Source: an uncultured Eubacteriales bacterium (GTDB taxonomy: Bacteria > Actinomycetota > Coriobacteriia > Anaerosomatales > PHET01). From it: 64,000 bases of DNA. The position numbers and the translations under genes are program-made. Positions 56,457 to 64,000 of this stretch are shown piece by piece. The notes under the pieces were generated by a model that worked only from the letters and a program-made list of their open reading frames with translations, was not told the origin of the DNA and made no database searches. The DNA is taken from the NCBI GenBank assembly GCA_964500985.1, contig CAZCRB010000001.1:8173-72172 (forward strand), written 5' to 3'. Within the stretch, counting starts at the first letter, position 1. Each line of letters opens with the position of its first letter.

Positions 56457-56783
56457 TTGGGACTGCGAGAACTGCTAGCGACTCCGTTTGTCGCCCTGAT
56501 ACTCGGCGCTCTGGTCGGCTTGCTTCTCCTTCTCCCGGTCCTGTTGGGCTATCGCTTCCTCGGAGCCGAGAGGATCGACCTCGGCATCGGGGTCACGACG
56601 GGCGGCGTGTTCGTCGGCATGCTCGTCGCGGTGGGAGCGCTGTTCGGATACCGCGCGCTCGCTGAGGAAGGGCTCGTGTACTTCGGGCCCGCGCTTATCG
56701 GAGGGTTTGTCATCGGGCTCGTGGTGTTCGCGCTTCGGGTTGCGAAGACGATGTTGGAGTCAGACAAGAAGGCGAGGAGCTAG
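56457..56783 (+). CDS. small hydrophobic protein, AtpI-like position
   Basis: 108 aa with about 4 TM segments, immediately upstream of atpB. TTG start from the ORF track. Assigned by position only. Confidence 0.45.
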   Translation: MGLRELLATPFVALILGALVGLLLLLPVLLGYRFLGAERIDLGIGVTTGGVFVGMLVAVGALFGYRALAEEGLVYFGPALIGGFVIGLVVFALRVAKTMLESDKKARS

Positions 56784-56786
56784 CGC

Positions 56787-57608
56787 GTGGACGTTCTCCA
56801 GTCACTTCCTGAAGAGGTAAACGGCCTACTGCACCACCTGAGCACGCTCAGCGTGAACGGCCAGCCGGTCGAGCAGGGCGAGTTCGTCCTCACCAACTAC
56901 ATCTTCTTCATGTTCGTGGCCATCGCGATCCTCGCGATCGTCATGTTCATCGCGGTTCGGCGCCTGGCGCTCGTGCCGCAGAGCCGGACCTCCAACGCCG
57001 TCGAGGCGCTCGCGCAGTTCGTGCGTGACGACATCGCTGGCACCATGATCGAGCACGGCGGCGCCAAGTACTTCCCGTTCCTGGGCTCGCTGTTCTTCTT
57101 CATCCTCTTCAACAACCTCGTCGGCCTCGTTCCCGGCTGCAAGCCGGGTACCGGCACGATGGGCGTGACGGTCGCGCTGTCGACCTTCGTGTTCTTCTTC
57201 TTCAACGCCGTCGGCTTCAAGAACCAGGGCGCCTGGGGCTACATCAAGAGCTTCGCTCCCGCGGGCGTTCCGTTCCCGATCAACCTGATCGTCTGGTTCA
57301 TCGAGGTCTTCTCGGCCTTCCTGCGCATCTTCACGCTGGCCGTTCGTCTGTTCGCCAACATGTACGCCGGTCACATCATCCTCGGCATCTTCGCGATCCT
57401 CACGTCGCTGTTCGTAGAGCCGCTCATCCACTCGATCCAGACGGGTGTGGGTGTCGGGGGCTCGCTGGTCGCGGCACTGCCGGCCATCGGCTGGCTGCTG
57501 CTCATGATCGCGCTCTACCTGCTCGAGGTGCTCGTCGCCTTCGTGCAGGCCTACGTCTTCACGCTGCTGTCGGCCGTCTACATCGGACAGGCTGCGCACG
57601 CGCACTAG
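56787..57608 (+). CDS. atpB: F0F1 ATP synthase subunit a
   Basis: Essential Arg region LAVRLFANMYAGH. 273 aa polytopic protein. Confidence 0.9.
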   Translation: MDVLQSLPEEVNGLLHHLSTLSVNGQPVEQGEFVLTNYIFFMFVAIAILAIVMFIAVRRLALVPQSRTSNAVEALAQFVRDDIAGTMIEHGGAKYFPFLGSLFFFILFNNLVGLVPGCKPGTGTMGVTVALSTFVFFFFNAVGFKNQGAWGYIKSFAPAGVPFPINLIVWFIEVFSAFLRIFTLAVRLFANMYAGHIILGIFAILTSLFVEPLIHSIQTGVGVGGSLVAALPAIGWLLLMIALYLLEVLVAFVQAYVFTLLSAVYIGQAAHAH

Positions 57609-57696
57609 TTCGGCTCGATCGCCGGTAAGACGCCGGCGTCGGATATAGCGTTGAAAGGGAGCCCGGATGGTCCGGGCCCGGCAACAAGGAGGAACT

Positions 57697-57912
57697 GTGA
57701 ACTTCATCGGCTTTGGTCTGCTGTACGGTCTCGCCGTCACCGCGCCGGCTCTGACCATCGGCATCGTCGGTGGCAAGGCTGCCGAGTCCACCGCCCGCCA
57801 GCCCGAGATGGCCGGCCGCATCTTCACCGTCTTCATCCTGTCCGCGGCCTTCGTTGAGGCGCTCGCGCTCCTCGGCTTCGTCCTCGGCATCCTGGTCCAG
57901 GGCAAGCTGTAG
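57697..57912 (+). CDS. atpE: F0F1 ATP synthase subunit c
   Basis: GTG at 57697 follows AAGGAGG. Hairpin protein with an RQPE loop and the ion-binding Glu in AFVEALAL. E is followed by A, so no Na+ signature. Confidence 0.9.
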   Translation: MNFIGFGLLYGLAVTAPALTIGIVGGKAAESTARQPEMAGRIFTVFILSAAFVEALALLGFVLGILVQGKL

Positions 57913-57945
57913 GGTCACTCCCTCTCACCTACGGAGGAGTGAACC

Positions 57946-58536
57946 GTGGACGCGATCATCTATAGCCTGGCACTGCTCGCGAGCGAGGGTGCGGCTGCAA
58001 CCGAAGGCGCTGCCGAGAGTGGCGGCGGGGGAGGCGCTGAGGCGCTGATCCCCAAGGCGGCGGAGTTCATCCCTGCCATCATCGCCTTTGCAGTCGTGTA
58101 CTTCCTGCTCGCGAAGTTCGCATGGCCGGCGATCTCGGGCATGCTCGACCAGCGTGCGACGAACATCCGTGAGTCGCTCGAGAAGGCCGAGGAGGCCAAG
58201 GTCGAGGCGGAGCGTCTGCTCGCCGAGTACAAGCAGGCGGTCGCTGAGGCGCGCAAGGAGGCCACTGCGATCCTGCAGCAGGCCAAGCAGGCCGCCGAGA
58301 CCACCCGCACGGAAGCCTCTGCCAAGGCGCAGGCCGAGTATGAAGCGATGATCGAGAAGGCACGTCAGGCCATCGAGGGCGAGAAGCAGGCCGCCATCGC
58401 GGACCTGCAGTCGTCGGTCGCCGACCTCTCGGTCGCCGTGGCCGGAAAGCTCATCGGCTCTGAGCTCTCGAAGGAAGACCACCTGAAGGTCATCGAGAAG
58501 TACGTGAGCGAGGCGGGTAGCCTCAATGCGAACTAG
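57946..58536 (+). CDS. atpF: F0F1 ATP synthase subunit b
   Basis: One TM helix, then a long A/E/K coiled-coil. The N-terminal 35 aa are an unusual G/A/E-rich extension. Confidence 0.85.
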   Translation: MDAIIYSLALLASEGAAATEGAAESGGGGGAEALIPKAAEFIPAIIAFAVVYFLLAKFAWPAISGMLDQRATNIRESLEKAEEAKVEAERLLAEYKQAVAEARKEATAILQQAKQAAETTRTEASAKAQAEYEAMIEKARQAIEGEKQAAIADLQSSVADLSVAVAGKLIGSELSKEDHLKVIEKYVSEAGSLNAN

Positions 58537-59094
58537 CCGAGCGCTCGCCAAGCAGATCATCGACACGTACGCCACGGTGCTGTTGGAGGCCGCCATCGCG
58601 GACTCTACCGTCGACGTCGTCGGTACCCAGCTCGACGAGGCCGCCGCCATCGTGCGCGGTCACGCCGACCTGCGTGACGCGCTGCTCGACGACAACATCG
58701 ACGCCGAGCACCGCGGAGCAATCACCCGCGAGGTCTTCGGGTCGTTCGATCCGGCTCTCGTCGCCACTCTCGGCCTCATGGCCGAGCGCGGCAACATCGA
58801 CCTGCTCAGCAGTGTCGTTGAGGCCTACGCACGCGTCACCGAGGAGCGTCTTGACACGGTTGCCGTCGATGTGACGACGGTCGTGGAGCTCAACGATGCG
58901 CTGCGCGAGGCCATCAGCACCAAGCTTGCTGCCGACTTCGGCAAGAAGGTCGTCCTTCGCGAGAAGGTCGACCCGTCGATCATCGGCGGCATCATATTCA
59001 GCACGCACGGGCAGCGGCTGGACGCGAGCATCGCGCACCAGCTCGAGGCGGCCCGGTCTACGCTCTCGACCGCACACACTGGAGGTGATGCGTA

Positions 59095-59095
<1 letters not shown>
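58526..59095 (+). CDS. atpH: F0F1 ATP synthase subunit delta
   Basis: 189 aa OSCP-like protein. The C-terminal [18 protein letters not shown] motif and the operon position support the call. Confidence 0.85.
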
Positions 59096-60705
<1,610 letters not shown>

Positions 60706-60713
60706 GGGACTTC

Positions 60714-61610
60714 ATGGCGACGCTGCGAGATATCAAGAAGCGCATCACCAGCGTCCAGTCGACGCGGCAGATCACGCGCACCATGGAGATGGTGTCGACG
60801 GCAAAGATCCGCAGGGCCCAGGAGCGCATCGAGAACGCGCGCCCCTATGCCCTCACGATCGCCGAGGTGCTCGGCAACGTCGTCAAGTACGTAGGCGACG
60901 CCACCCACCCGCTGCTCGAGGTTCGCGAAGAGCGTCGGCGGGTCTGCGTCATCGCGGTCACGTCCGACCGTGGTCTCGCTGGCGCCTTCAACAGCAACAT
61001 CATCCGCATGGCTGAGCGTACGGTCACCGACCTGACCGCTCAGGGCGTCGAGGTCGAACTCATCACCGTCGGCAAGAAGGCGCTCGGCTACTTCCGTTAT
61101 CGCGGGGTCGAGCCGGCCGTCTCGCTTGTGGGGATCTCCGACAAGCCGACGTACGAGGACGCCCGTTCGCTCGCCGTGCACGTGATGGACGAGTACGGCG
61201 ACGGCGCCGTCGATGCGGTCTACGTGATGTTCAACCGCTTCAAGAACCTTGCGGAGCAGAAGCCGGAGAGCCACCAGCTCCTCCCGATCGAGCACGACGT
61301 GCTCGCTCAGGCGGAGTCCGACGTCGAGGCGTCGGGCCGCGCGCTCGAGTATCTCTTCGAGCCGTCGAGCGAAGCGGTTCTCGCAAGCCTGCTCCCGACG
61401 TACGTCGAAGCACTGATCTACCGCGCGCTGCTGGAGTCCGCTGCTTCTGAGCACGGTGCGCGCCGCACGGCGATGAAGTCGGCCACCGACAACGCGACCG
61501 ACATGATCTCGACGCTGACGCGCAGCTACAACCGCGCCCGTCAGGCCGCGATCACCACGGAGATCGCAGAGATCGTTGGCGGCGCAGCCGCGCTGGAGGA
61601 CCAGGGTTAG
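60714..61610 (+). CDS. atpG: F0F1 ATP synthase subunit gamma
   Basis: MATLRDIKKRITSVQSTRQITRTMEMVS N-terminus and ITTEIAEIVGGAAAL C-terminus. Confidence 0.95.
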   Translation: MATLRDIKKRITSVQSTRQITRTMEMVSTAKIRRAQERIENARPYALTIAEVLGNVVKYVGDATHPLLEVREERRRVCVIAVTSDRGLAGAFNSNIIRMAERTVTDLTAQGVEVELITVGKKALGYFRYRGVEPAVSLVGISDKPTYEDARSLAVHVMDEYGDGAVDAVYVMFNRFKNLAEQKPESHQLLPIEHDVLAQAESDVEASGRALEYLFEPSSEAVLASLLPTYVEALIYRALLESAASEHGARRTAMKSATDNATDMISTLTRSYNRARQAAITTEIAEIVGGAAALEDQG

Positions 61611-63041
<1,431 letters not shown>

Positions 63042-63054
63042 GGAGCCCTTGGGA

Positions 63055-63486
63055 ATGGCACGCACCCTACTTGCAGAGATCGTCACACCCGAGCGCATCC
63101 TCTACACCAACGAGGTGCTGATGCTCGTGGCCACGACGCCCGAGGGTGAGATCGGCATCCTGCCGCTCCACTCTCCGATCGTGACCACGCTGGCTCCCGG
63201 CGAGGTTCGGCTGCAGCATGGTAGCTCGGCGGGCGACTGGGAGTACTTCTCGGTTTCCGGCGGCTACCTGCAGGTTCACGAGGACAAGGTCATCGTGCTT
63301 GCGGACCAGGCGGTGAGCGTGTCGCAGATCGATACGGCCCGCGCACAGGAATCGCGCGAGCGTATCGCCGAGCAGCTCTCGAAGCTGCCGGCCGATGCCG
63401 AGCAGGAGCGCGAGCAGTGCAAGCGCGACCTGATGTGGTGCGATCTGCAGATCCAGGCCGCGGAGCGCCGTAGCAACAAGCGGTAG
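63055..63486 (+). CDS. atpC: F0F1 ATP synthase subunit epsilon
   Basis: ATG at 63055 lies 9 nt after AAGGAG. Has the beta-sandwich N-terminus (VTPERILY...GILPLHSP). Confidence 0.9.
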   Translation: MARTLLAEIVTPERILYTNEVLMLVATTPEGEIGILPLHSPIVTTLAPGEVRLQHGSSAGDWEYFSVSGGYLQVHEDKVIVLADQAVSVSQIDTARAQESRERIAEQLSKLPADAEQEREQCKRDLMWCDLQIQAAERRSNKR

Positions 63487-63511
63487 CGCACGGCACACGC
63501 AACGAACGTCT

Positions 63512-63541
63512 GAGGGCGGGCCCAAACGGGTCCGCCCTCTT
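63512..63541 (+). terminator. terminator-like hairpin after the atp operon
   Basis: GAGGGCGGGCCC-aaac-GGGTCCGCCCTC: 12-bp stem including one G-U pair, followed by only TT. Confidence 0.6.
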
Positions 63542-63607
63542 CGCGTCGTGGTGTCGGGAGCGTGACGGGTGAGGCACGCCGGCGGCCAGTACGCTATCCT
63601 GTGCCGC

Positions 63608-64000
63608 ATGGAATCCATCGTAGTTCGCGGGGGACTGCCCCTCTCCGGCACGGTCGCCGTCGAGGGCGCGAAGAACTCAGCTCTCAAGCTCATGGCGGCA
63701 ACGCTGCTCGCGCCGGGAGTCTCGCGCATCACCAACGTTCCGGATATCGCAGACGTCGACATCATGTCCGAGGTGCTTGCGGGCCTTGGCGCACCCGTGC
63801 GCAGGGCCGATCACGCGCTCGAGGTGGACGCGACGCGGATCACGAGCGTCGAGGCGCCCTACGAGGTCGTCGCCAAGATGCGCGCCTCCATCGCGGTGCT
63901 CGGCCCGCTCGTTGCGCGCTGCGGGCTCGCGCGGGTCGCGATGCCGGGCGGGTGCAACATCGGCAGCCGCAAGATCGACATGCACCTCCGGGGCCTCGAG
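63608..64000 (+). CDS. murA: UDP-N-acetylglucosamine 1-carboxyvinyltransferase; 3' end outside the window
   Basis: Not in the ORF track because no stop lies within the window. My translation from the ATG at 63608 gives [35 protein letters not shown]...[11 protein letters not shown], the MurA N-terminus. The frame is open to base 64000. Confidence 0.9.
   Translation, partial: MESIVVRGGLPLSGTVAVEGAKNSALKLMAATLLAPGVSRITNVPDIADVDIMSEVLAGLGAPVRRADHALEVDATRITSVEAPYEVVAKMRASIAVLGPLVARCGLARVAMPGGCNIGSRKIDMHLRGLE

Noticed and set aside
57661-57677. The hairpin GCCCGGA-tgg-TCCGGGC between atpB and atpE, as a possible terminator.
   Set aside because: It sits inside a conserved operon immediately before the atpE RBS and has no T-tract. 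It is more likely an mRNA-stability or translation-tuning element, and there is too little evidence to call a feature.

Overview
This is a very GC-rich bacterial chromosome segment, with GC3-skewed codons and long stop-free antisense frames. It is densely packed with about 70 genes, and all but one lie on the + strand. The backbone order is argS-lysA-hom-thrB ... rho-rpmE ... prfA-prmC-sua5 ... wecA-atpIBEFHAGDC-murA. From memory, this matches the classic actinobacterial arrangement (Mycobacterium tuberculosis Rv1292-Rv1315), so I read the window as core actinobacterial-type chromosome with inserted blocks. Contents from start to end: two multiheme c-type cytochromes; a Rex-like regulator; a B12-domain radical SAM enzyme with menG and an amidohydrolase; a divergent pair of STAS proteins; tatA/tatC; hypA/hypB; an archaeal-looking type IA topoisomerase; mdh plus a two-subunit class I fumarase interrupted by an MFS transporter; tmk-holB-PSP1; tRNA-Thr; an 11-gene nuo operon lacking nuoEFG; htrA, rlmH, argS, lysA, hom and thrB; sppA; a metallophosphoesterase packed against candidate cyclic 2,3-diphosphoglycerate synthetase and 2-phosphoglycerate kinase; tal, rho, rpmE, thyX, prfA, prmC, tsaC, rpiB, glyA, upp and a dCMP deaminase; wecA-like; the F1Fo ATP synthase operon; and the start of murA. 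I saw no CRISPR array, transposase, integrase or phage genes. The best candidate for something new is the archaeal-type cDPG gene pair with its metallophosphoesterase, inserted at the thrB-rho junction. Next are the multiheme cytochrome/Rex-like/radical SAM cluster and the NuoEFG-less complex I. All family calls come from reading motifs by eye and from memory. No searches were run.
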